The notes below the pieces were generated by a model. That model was not told where the DNA came from and did not search any database. It worked only from the letters and a program-made list of their open reading frames with translations. From Candidatus Bipolaricaulota bacterium (GTDB lineage: Bacteria; Bipolaricaulota; Bipolaricaulia; UBA7950; UBA9294), in the NCBI GenBank assembly GCA_027007005.1, contig JALTFO010000048.1, positions 3,342 through 67,341 of the forward strand: a stretch of DNA of 64,000 nucleotides. Reading direction: 5' to 3'. Shown here one piece after another: positions 29,752-38,181 of the stretch; the stretch's first letter is position 1, and the number at the start of each line of letters is the position of its first letter. The translations under genes and the position numbers were made by a program.

Positions 29752-31471
29752 CGTTCACCTCCTTCTCCGCCTGTTGCAGGTCCCAGATCCTTCGATAGAT
29801 TCCACCTTGGGTGAGGAGCTCTGCATGCGTTCCACGTTCTACGATCTGCCCCTTGTCCAACACCACGATCCGATCCGCGTGCATCACGGCCGAGAGGCGA
29901 TGGGCGATGAGAATGGCTGTTCTTCCGCGGAAGAACTCGCGCAGGTTGCGCAGGATGAACGCCTCACGTTCGGCATCGACTGCGGAAAGGGGGTCATCGA
30001 AGATGAGGATCTGCGGGACGAGCAAGAGCGCCCGCGCAATCGCCACCCGCTGTTTCTGGCCGCCGGAGAGGGCGATACCACGCTCCCCCACGCGCGTTTC
30101 GTACCCCTTCGGGAAGGCGACGATCTCATCGTGAATCCCAGCCAATCGCGCCGCCTGCTCCACCTGCTCTGTACTTGCCTCGGGGTTTCCGAAGGCGATG
30201 TTCTCAGCTATTGAAGCAGAGAATAGGAACGGATCTTGCGGGACAAACCCGATCATCTCCCGCAGCTTGGCAAGGCTCAGATCGCGCACGTCTTCCCCTC
30301 CCAGGTGAACGCACCCTGGCGGAGGGTCAAAGATGCGCGGGATTGTGCGCACAAGTGTGCTCTTCCCTGCGCCGGTCAAGCCGACGAGGCCCAGCGTTGT
30401 CCCCTCCTCGATCTTAAGATCGACGTTTGAGAGAGCAGGCGCGTTTACATCGCGCGATGGATAGGAGAAGGTAAGATTCTTGATCTCGATCTTAGATCCA
30501 TGGGCAGTACGCGTATGCGGGGGATCGACGATCTCCGGTGTAGCCACAAGCAACCGGTTGATGCGCCCAAGTGACGCCCTCCCTCGCTGGATGATGTTCA
30601 CCGCCCAGCCAAGCGAAATCATTGGCCAGGTGAGCATCATCAGGTACTGGCTGAATGCAACGAAGTCTCCAAGTGATATTGATCCGCTGATTACGCTTAT
30701 ACCGCCGACCCACAGGACGATTGCCATTGTTGCCCCACCGAGAAGCTCGATCAGCGGCTCGAATACACCCCACACACGGACCAAGGCCATGTTCTTGTCG
30801 ATGAATGCACTGTTGGTAGCGGCGAAATCGCGCTCGGTCCCCTCCTCCTGTACGAACGACTTCACCACGCGGATCCCGGCGACGTTCTCCCGCACCTTCT
30901 CCATCAGGCCGGAGAATGCTGCCTGGACTACTTCGAAACGCTGGTGGATTACCTTGCCGAATCCAAGCATGAACACGGTGAGTATCGGGAGTGGAATGAT
31001 GGCATACAGGGTCAGTCGCGGGTCGATGGAGAGCATGATTCCCACTGCTACCGGAATCATAAATATTGGATCGGCTATCGTCAGGACACCGAACCCGCAG
31101 GCGCGACTGACGGCATCGATGTCGTTTGTTGCGTGCGCCATCAAATCGCCCGTCTTGTGTTCGTTGTAGAACGATGCCGAGAGAGAAAGCAGGTGTTGGT
31201 AAAGCTTGCTGCGCAGGTCACGTTCGATCTGGCGCGCGCTTCCGATGAGAAAGTACCGCCACAGGAAACGAAATAACATCACAATAGTGGCCAGGCCAAC
31301 AATGTACAGCCCGCTTCTTAGAACCCCTCCCTCGCCACTAGCGAGGCGATCGATTGCTCCCCTTATCACAAGTGGCACGAGGAGCCCCGCTCCGTCGACC
31401 ACCAAAAGAGAGAGGAATCCAAATAGCACTCGCTTGCGATATTGCCAGAGCCAACCAGTCAGTCGATCCAT
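29738..31471 (-). CDS. ABC exporter half-transporter (MdlA-like)
   Basis: TMD plus GLTGAGKS, LSGGQKQR and DDPLSAVD (degenerate site); heterodimer partner. Confidence 0.9.
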   Translation of the reverse strand: MDRLTGWLWQYRKRVLFGFLSLLVVDGAGLLVPLVIRGAIDRLASGEGGVLRSGLYIVGLATIVMLFRFLWRYFLIGSARQIERDLRSKLYQHLLSLSASFYNEHKTGDLMAHATNDIDAVSRACGFGVLTIADPIFMIPVAVGIMLSIDPRLTLYAIIPLPILTVFMLGFGKVIHQRFEVVQAAFSGLMEKVRENVAGIRVVKSFVQEEGTERDFAATNSAFIDKNMALVRVWGVFEPLIELLGGATMAIVLWVGGISVISGSISLGDFVAFSQYLMMLTWPMISLGWAVNIIQRGRASLGRINRLLVATPEIVDPPHTRTAHGSKIEIKNLTFSYPSRDVNAPALSNVDLKIEEGTTLGLVGLTGAGKSTLVRTIPRIFDPPPGCVHLGGEDVRDLSLAKLREMIGFVPQDPFLFSASIAENIAFGNPEASTEQVEQAARLAGIHDEIVAFPKGYETRVGERGIALSGGQKQRVAIARALLLVPQILIFDDPLSAVDAEREAFILRNLREFFRGRTAILIAHRLSAVMHADRIVVLDKGQIVERGTHAELLTQGGIYRRIWDLQQAEKEVNGESA

Positions 31472-31722
31472 GGGTAGAGATCGTACCGTGAAAAGGAAAA
31501 GACGCAACCAAATAGCACATTTGTCCAACAGGTGACGGCTTGATCAAGGCGAGCCGCTCGCGGCTCTTGGTCTTCTTAGGCACAATGTGTCCGTGCATGG
31601 ACGAAGCTGCTTCTTAAGTGGGGGCGTGCTTATTAACCCTGCGTACACGGGCTTAGTTTGTCGATAGAGATAGGCGCGGTATAATCGGTCGACACCGTGT
31701 CTATGTACTCAAGGAGGAGCGC

Positions 31723-32748
31723 ATGATTCATGCCCGCCGTTTGGCAATTCTTTTCATCGTAATCACCGTATTACTCTCGGTCCTGGTTAGCGCAGGACCT
31801 CTTCCAAAGCTGCGTATCAGCCTGCCACCTGTCATGGGTTGCCTTCCGATTGCCTTTGCTAATGGGTGGGACCTATTCAGACAGAATGGCCTTGATGTGA
31901 ACGTTGTTGGCCTCAGCGACAACCAGTCGCGCACGCTTGCCCTCATGGCCGGAGACATCGATGGGATGATCTGCGATGTTTCCACTGCGATACTGCTGAT
32001 CACGAGCGGAACCGACATCGTGATTACGAGCACTGCTTACCAGCCTACGCAAACGGGGAGCCTTGCACTGCTTACGCAGAGCTACTTTCACATCAACTCG
32101 ATTGACGATCTCCTCAAGCGCACGGAAACTGGGAGCACTCTTAAGTCTATCGCCATTACGGAGATGAGTGACATCGAATACGAGACCGACTCTCTGCTTA
32201 CAAGCTTGGGATACACGGTGAACCCGGACAAGGATTACTCCTACTGGCATGACATGCTGCAGCTATCGATGTTCCTCAACCTCGGATCTGTCTACGCTGC
32301 TGTCCTGCCGGAACCCTACATCACTTACCTCAGCAAATATCCCCCAATCAAGCCGGGGAGCAAGCTCATCCAACTTTCCGACTTTGCAGGGATCGATCTT
32401 CTGCCAAGTGTTGTTGTGTTTCGCAGAGATGTGGTGGAGAAATCGCCCGACACCATCGCCAAGTTCTACGACGTTTACCGGGAAGCGGTCGATAGAGTCA
32501 ATAGCATTCCGAGGGAACAGTTGATGACAAAAGGAATCGACATTGCCCTCTCGCTCTTCTTCCCCGGATTGACCAAGGATTCTGTCCCAAAAGGGATACT
32601 CGACAATTTCGTGATTCCAACCTTCTCATACCCGGCAATGCTTCCCAAGCAAAAGTTTGAAGATGTAGTTACGTGGACAAACAAGAAGGGTTATACGTGG
32701 AAACATCCTGTATACGAGGATGTGACTACCAATCAATTCATAAAATGA
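31723..32748 (+). CDS. NitT/TauT/SsuA-type ABC substrate-binding protein
   Basis: Signal peptide; AGDIDG and LPEPY motifs; operon with ATPase and permease. Confidence 0.75.
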   Translation: MIHARRLAILFIVITVLLSVLVSAGPLPKLRISLPPVMGCLPIAFANGWDLFRQNGLDVNVVGLSDNQSRTLALMAGDIDGMICDVSTAILLITSGTDIVITSTAYQPTQTGSLALLTQSYFHINSIDDLLKRTETGSTLKSIAITEMSDIEYETDSLLTSLGYTVNPDKDYSYWHDMLQLSMFLNLGSVYAAVLPEPYITYLSKYPPIKPGSKLIQLSDFAGIDLLPSVVVFRRDVVEKSPDTIAKFYDVYREAVDRVNSIPREQLMTKGIDIALSLFFPGLTKDSVPKGILDNFVIPTFSYPAMLPKQKFEDVVTWTNKKGYTWKHPVYEDVTTNQFIK

Positions 32749-33476
32749 TTGATGTAAATGCTGTAACAATCGACTACGGACAAGGCGAGCAGACGGTGCG
32801 TGCCGTAGAGAATGTGTCATTCCACTTGGAGAAGGGGAAGAGCCTGGCTCTCATCGGCCCTTCCGGCTGTGGAAAGACATCGCTGTTATTTGCTCTCTCT
32901 GGTCTTCTCCACCCGCGCTCTGGCAAGATAATGATGGACAGTGAAGATGTAGATGCTCCTCGTCGCGATATGGCTCTCATCTTGCAGAACGCCGGGCTCC
33001 TTCCGTGGAAGACAGTGTGGCAAAACGCCAATCTGTCGTTATTGTTGAACGGAGAGTTTCCGCAGCAGAACGCGGCCGAAGTTCTCGCACACTTGGGACT
33101 GGATAACGTGATGTCGCGTTTCCCCGCCGAGTTATCCGAGGGGATGAAGCGACGTGTGGGGATTGCTCGTGCACTTTCTACCTCTCCATCCGTTCTGTTG
33201 ATGGATGAACCGTTAGCATCGCTGGACACACTGACGCGGGAGAAGATCCAAGATCTGTTTCTCAACCTATGGCACGAACACGGCTTCTCCATGATCCTCG
33301 TGACGCACAACATCGAAGAGGCGGCCTTCCTCGGACAGCGGATCATCGTGTTCACCGATCGCCCGGCGCGGATAAGTACGATAGTCGATAACCTGCAGAT
33401 GGGATCGCTCGACTACCGCGATAACCCAGCGTTCCATGAAGTGATGTCGCAGCTTCGGGAGGCGTTGGAAGCATGA
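32745..33476 (+). CDS. NitT/TauT ABC ATPase
   Basis: GPSGCGKT, LSEGMKRR, MDEP and THNIEEA motifs. Confidence 0.88.
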   Translation: MIDVNAVTIDYGQGEQTVRAVENVSFHLEKGKSLALIGPSGCGKTSLLFALSGLLHPRSGKIMMDSEDVDAPRRDMALILQNAGLLPWKTVWQNANLSLLLNGEFPQQNAAEVLAHLGLDNVMSRFPAELSEGMKRRVGIARALSTSPSVLLMDEPLASLDTLTREKIQDLFLNLWHEHGFSMILVTHNIEEAAFLGQRIIVFTDRPARISTIVDNLQMGSLDYRDNPAFHEVMSQLREALEA

Positions 33477-34237
33477 AACGAGTTCTCACGTACGTGATCA
33501 GCATTGCCGCGCTTCTCTTTATTTGGGAAATGGCGAGCATTGCGGTTAATCTAATTAACCACGCAGCGATCCTCCCGGGCCCGTTTGACGCTCTGTCGCA
33601 GGTGGTGAAGAATGCAGCGGAGCTGCAGCGCAACTTCGCGGCGAGTGCGTGGCGTCTCATCCTGGCGATACTTATTTCCCTGGCAACCGCCATGCCTCTT
33701 GGACTGATGATCGGTCGCGAGCCGACGCTCGACCGCTATTTCTCACCGATCATCTACATCACCTATCCCATTCCGCAGGTTGCCCTTATCCTCTTTTTGT
33801 TCGTCGTCTTCGGGACGGGGAGCGCGACTAAAGTGACAATGGTCGCCCTTGCCCTCTTCTTTCAGATCCTCGTCTCGGCGCGCGGTGCGGCGAAGAATAT
33901 CGATGAGGAATACGTGATAAGCGTCCTTTCAGCAGGGGCAACGCGTTGGCAGGTGTACTGGCACGTTGTTCTTCCTGCCACCCTTCCGCAGATCTTGACA
34001 AGCGTGCGCGTAAGCATCGGGCTCGGGATCGCTTTCCTGTACATCGCCGAGACGCAAGCAGCACAGGGAACAGGACTGGGATCGTTCATCAACAAGTATA
34101 TGCTGTTCAGGAGGGACAGAGCATTTGCCGGCATTGTCGCCATGGCCGTCCTCGGCCTCCTCCTATACATTACCGTGGACGTCATTGAACGGATCGTGTG
34201 TCGCTGGAAGTACGTTAAGAGGAGGCCCCTCAAATGA
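33473..34237 (+). CDS. NitT/TauT ABC permease
   Basis: Multi-TM protein; SAGATRWQ...LPATLP; GLG motif. Confidence 0.85.
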   Translation: MKRVLTYVISIAALLFIWEMASIAVNLINHAAILPGPFDALSQVVKNAAELQRNFAASAWRLILAILISLATAMPLGLMIGREPTLDRYFSPIIYITYPIPQVALILFLFVVFGTGSATKVTMVALALFFQILVSARGAAKNIDEEYVISVLSAGATRWQVYWHVVLPATLPQILTSVRVSIGLGIAFLYIAETQAAQGTGLGSFINKYMLFRRDRAFAGIVAMAVLGLLLYITVDVIERIVCRWKYVKRRPLK

Positions 34238-34258
34238 TAATTATTATGAGGACAGGAT

Positions 34259-35089
34259 ATGAAGATTAGCAAGATCTACATCGTCGCCAACACGAGCAAA
34301 GAAGGGTCACTGCGTACCTTAGCTGTGCTTAAAGCATGGGCGCAACTGAAGCGGATTGAGACGGTGCTCATCGATCCCAACCGACCGAGCTTCTCCGAGG
34401 AAGAGGGAGCGCTCGTTGTCGCTCTAGGCGGAGATGGGACAGTCCTTCGCGCTGCCTCGGTCTTTGCCAATTCAGCGATCCCAATCTTGGGAGCGAACCT
34501 GGGGAGCCTCGGTTTCCTCACACAGGTGAAGGCACCATTGCTAACTTCTGTGTTAGAAGGAGTATTGCGCGATTCTTTTGTCATCGAGGAGAGGATGCGC
34601 CTGTCTTACGCGTCTCAGGCTGGGAGTGGAACGGTGTTGAACGACGTGGTGATCACCGGAACATCTGCTCTTCGCTTCTGCGAGCTAGAGCTCATGTGGA
34701 GCGATGGCGTGGTGGCAAGCTACCCAGGCGACGGGTTGATCCTGTCCACGGCGACTGGGTCAACTGCGTACAGCCTATCTTCCGGTGGACCGGTAGTCGT
34801 CCCACCGGCAGCGTGCATCATGGCAAGCCCGTTAGCGGTGCACAAGCTGGGGATTCTCCCGGTCATCTTCCCAGCAGAGGAGGTCCTTCTTGTGCGCACG
34901 CACACACAAGTGAGTCTTTATGCTGATGGAGACTTTGCCTTCGATCTGCCCGCGGACACGAAGATAACCATAAAGCGTGCCGATACGCCAACCCGGCTTG
35001 TAAGGATGGCGGATGCTCCCTCCTTCTTCCACGTATTGAGGGAGAAGCTGAACTGGGGGGATGAATCGAAGCGTGAGCCGAAGCGCTAA
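34259..35089 (+). CDS. nadK: NAD kinase
   Basis: GGDGT, GSLGFL, ND and GDGLILSTATGSTAYSLSSGGP motifs. Confidence 0.92.
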   Translation: MKISKIYIVANTSKEGSLRTLAVLKAWAQLKRIETVLIDPNRPSFSEEEGALVVALGGDGTVLRAASVFANSAIPILGANLGSLGFLTQVKAPLLTSVLEGVLRDSFVIEERMRLSYASQAGSGTVLNDVVITGTSALRFCELELMWSDGVVASYPGDGLILSTATGSTAYSLSSGGPVVVPPAACIMASPLAVHKLGILPVIFPAEEVLLVRTHTQVSLYADGDFAFDLPADTKITIKRADTPTRLVRMADAPSFFHVLREKLNWGDESKREPKR

Positions 35090-35117
35090 TGATGGATAAG
35101 ATCTGGAAGGAGCGATA

Positions 35118-36032
35118 TTGAGCGCAAAGACATTGAACCTTGCTGGCATCTACCCTCCGATTCCAACCCCTTTCGATTCAGGTGGCAAGATCTCAGAGAC
35201 AGCTCTCACAGAGAACCTGCGTGTATGGAATAAGTACAAGTTGCGCGGTTACGCTGTCCTCGGTTCTAATGGTGAGCTTGTCTTGCTGAACAAACAGGAA
35301 AGGCTGGTCGTGCTTCGGATCGCCCGCGATGCGATCCCTTCCGACAAGCTGATGATCGCCGGCACGGGTTGTCAATCAACTGGGCAGACCGTTGAGTTAA
35401 CAAAGAGTGCCGCTGCGATCGGAGCGGATGCAGCGCTAGTGGTTACCCCTTCGTACTATCGTGGGTTGATGACAAGAGATGCCTTGCGCGAGCACTTCCG
35501 GGCAGTAGCTGAGGAATCCCCGATTCCGATCATCCTCTACAACATCCCATCATGCACGGGGATCGACCTCGATGCCGAGACGGTGGCAGCACTGGCGGAG
35601 CACGAAAATATAATAGGCATTAAGGATTCCGGCGGGAACATAGTTAAGATAGCGGAGATCAATCGCCTGACCGACGCCAACTTTCAGGTGCTGGCCGGCT
35701 CGGCAAGCTTCCTTCTCCCTGCGCTCTCTGTGGGTGCAGTTGGCGGGATCTTGGCCCTAGCCAACATCGCCCCCTTGCAGTGCCTAGCGATCCGGAGACA
35801 CTTTCTGGATCGTCAGTGGGAGAGGGCACGCGAGGTGCAACTAAGCATGATCCCGGTAAACATGGCCATAACACGCAGATGGGGAGTGCCCGCGGTGAAG
35901 GCGGCCTTGGACATGCTCGGGATGTATGGCGGCCCGGCCCGATCACCTCTCCTCCCCTTATCTAGTGAAAAGAAAGATAAACTGCGTGTTATCCTGAACC
36001 AGTCAGGCATCTTGCCTGAGATTACACGGTAG
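35118..36032 (+). CDS. DapA-family aldolase, 4-hydroxy-2-oxoglutarate aldolase-like
   Basis: GSNGE (not GTTGE), YNIP and GIKDSGG motifs. Confidence 0.75.
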   Translation: MSAKTLNLAGIYPPIPTPFDSGGKISETALTENLRVWNKYKLRGYAVLGSNGELVLLNKQERLVVLRIARDAIPSDKLMIAGTGCQSTGQTVELTKSAAAIGADAALVVTPSYYRGLMTRDALREHFRAVAEESPIPIILYNIPSCTGIDLDAETVAALAEHENIIGIKDSGGNIVKIAEINRLTDANFQVLAGSASFLLPALSVGAVGGILALANIAPLQCLAIRRHFLDRQWERAREVQLSMIPVNMAITRRWGVPAVKAALDMLGMYGGPARSPLLPLSSEKKDKLRVILNQSGILPEITR

Positions 36033-36065
36033 GAGGACAGAGATGTCCCATCAGAATAGGAGGGT

Positions 36066-37235
36066 GTGATGCGAGATAGAGCATTGCTGATGATCCCTGG
36101 GCCAATTGAGTTTGAGCCGGAGGTGCTGCAGGCACTTGGTGCTCCCACCACGAGTCATGTTTCGCCGGAATTCATCGAGATATTCGGAGAGTCTCTGGAG
36201 ATGATGCGAGATGTGTGGCTTTGTCCCTCTGGACAGCCTTTCGTTGTTGCGGGATCGGGGATGCTCGCCCTGGAGATGGCCGTTGTGAACTTGATCGAGC
36301 CAGGAGACAAAGTGCTCGTGCTTAATACCGGGGTATTCGGCGATCGCTACGCAGATCTCTTGCGCCGCTACCACGTTGATGTGAGCGTTCTGCGCGCCCC
36401 GCTTGGGGAGACGATCTCACCTCAACAGGTGGAGGATGAGCTTAAGAAACAGAGATACAAGCTGATGACAATCACGCACGTGGATACATCGACCGGTGTT
36501 CGCACTGATGCTAAATTGTTGGCCACCATCGCGCGAAAGTACAACGTGCTAAGCGTACTTGACGGCGTCTGCTCGGTAGCCGGGGAGGAGCTTCGCCAGG
36601 AAGAATGGGGTATCGATGTGGCACTCACCGCCTCACAAAAAGCGATCGGTGTTCCCCCTGGCCTTGCGTTGATGGTCGCTGGTCCCCGCGCGATTGAAAC
36701 GTGGCGTGGTAGAAAGATGCCAGTGAGTAACTACTACGCCGATTGGGAAAACTGGCTGCCGATCATGGAAGCTTACGAAGCGCGGAAAGCAAGCTACTTC
36801 GCCACGCCTCCGGTGAACCTGATTTACGCTCTCAACGTCAGCCTAAAGAGAATACTAGAAGAGGGAATGGAAGAGCGTTTCAAACGCCACCAGAGATTCG
36901 GAAGGGCGTGCAAGGAAGCAATACAGGCACTGGGACTGGATCAAGTCCCAACCGATTTAGCACATTCTGCGGCGACACTCACCGCACCCTATTACCCGAG
37001 AGGGGTTATTGGATCAGAGTTTCTTCCTAAGGTTAGAAATGCTGGCGTGATTCTGGCTGGTGGACTGCACTCGGAGATCAAGGATGAGTACTTCCGCATT
37101 GGACACATGGGAGGAGAGACCTCAGGTGACCTACTGGCGACGATCGGTGCCATCGAGGCTGGGCTCAAGGGGTGCGGCTACGAGTTCGAATTGGGAGCTG
37201 GAGTTAGTGTGGCTCAACGCGTTCTGCGTAGCTAA
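36066..37235 (+). CDS. Class V aminotransferase (alanine/serine-glyoxylate type)
   Basis: LMIPGP, HVDTSTG, DGVCS, ASQKA and RIGHMG motifs. Confidence 0.9.
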   Translation: MMRDRALLMIPGPIEFEPEVLQALGAPTTSHVSPEFIEIFGESLEMMRDVWLCPSGQPFVVAGSGMLALEMAVVNLIEPGDKVLVLNTGVFGDRYADLLRRYHVDVSVLRAPLGETISPQQVEDELKKQRYKLMTITHVDTSTGVRTDAKLLATIARKYNVLSVLDGVCSVAGEELRQEEWGIDVALTASQKAIGVPPGLALMVAGPRAIETWRGRKMPVSNYYADWENWLPIMEAYEARKASYFATPPVNLIYALNVSLKRILEEGMEERFKRHQRFGRACKEAIQALGLDQVPTDLAHSAATLTAPYYPRGVIGSEFLPKVRNAGVILAGGLHSEIKDEYFRIGHMGGETSGDLLATIGAIEAGLKGCGYEFELGAGVSVAQRVLRS

Positions 37236-37280
37236 AGATGCGTTGACTTGCAGTGGGTCAGGAGCGAACCGGAGAGTCCG

Positions 37281-37760
37281 ATGACTACACGCGGGATCGA
37301 GTACCTCAACAAGCGCGGTATCTCCTACCAGGTACTGAGCTACCAGCACGAGACAAAGGGAGCGAGGTACGCTGCACAAGCCCTTGATCTTCCGCAAGAG
37401 ATCGTGATCAAGAGCCTCGTCTTCCGCGCCGACGATGGTTCGTTCCTCTTCGCCCTAATGAGCGCAGATGGGAGCGTGAGCGAAAAGAAGCTCGCTCGCG
37501 CTAGCCACCACAAACGCGTCGCCCCAGCCAGCCCGCACGATGCGGAGCGTATCACCGCATATCAGGTGGGAGGAATCAGCCCCCTGGGTGCGAAGAGAGC
37601 GCTTCCCGTCTTCCTTGATTCTGCAGTTGCCGCACATCCAGAAGTAGTGATCAACGCCGGAGCGCGAGGAACGATGCTCCGCCTGAGAACAGCAGATCTT
37701 GTCTTCATCACCGGAGCCCTGATTGTAGACATTCGAAAAGCTGAGCATAGAGACATCTGA
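37281..37760 (+). CDS. ybaK: YbaK/EbsC aminoacyl-tRNA deacylase
   Basis: IKSLV, YQVGGISPLG and NAGARG motifs. Confidence 0.85.
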   Translation: MTTRGIEYLNKRGISYQVLSYQHETKGARYAAQALDLPQEIVIKSLVFRADDGSFLFALMSADGSVSEKKLARASHHKRVAPASPHDAERITAYQVGGISPLGAKRALPVFLDSAVAAHPEVVINAGARGTMLRLRTADLVFITGALIVDIRKAEHRDI

Positions 37761-37802
37761 AGGGCATCAAAACCGGCCTTGATTGCTGTGCTACAAGCGT
37801 GA

Positions 37803-38120
37803 CTAGGAAGTGCTTGAGTATCTAACCCGATCTTCCCAATCAGGCAAGTAGACGGACATCAAGCTCCTGAAAAGCTTCCCATGATTCTGAACCCTTAGAT
37901 GCAGTAGCTCATGCACGATTACGTATTCCTGGAACTCCCGGCGTTGCCTAAGGAGCCCCTCGCTGAAGGTTACAGTCCTATTTGGAGAACACGAAGCCCA
38001 CTTGTTCTTCATCTTCTGCACCCGAATCTGAGCCGGTTTGACATTGAGTGTGTCCGCCCAGTCGCGAACGGCTTTCTTGAAGGTGTTCTTGTTGGAGAAT
38101 CCGCTTTCTTGCTTGGTCAT
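37803..38120 (-). CDS. Short YgjP/DUF45-like zinc metallohydrolase
   Basis: KWASCS and EYVIVHELLHLRVQNHG (HExxH); typical position after hsdR. Confidence 0.8.
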   Translation of the reverse strand: MTKQESGFSNKNTFKKAVRDWADTLNVKPAQIRVQKMKNKWASCSPNRTVTFSEGLLRQRREFQEYVIVHELLHLRVQNHGKLFRSLMSVYLPDWEDRVRYSSTS

Positions 38121-38181
38121 GGCATGGAACAGATCGGGTAACGCAGAACAACTGATGGATGTACATAGAATACCACGATAG

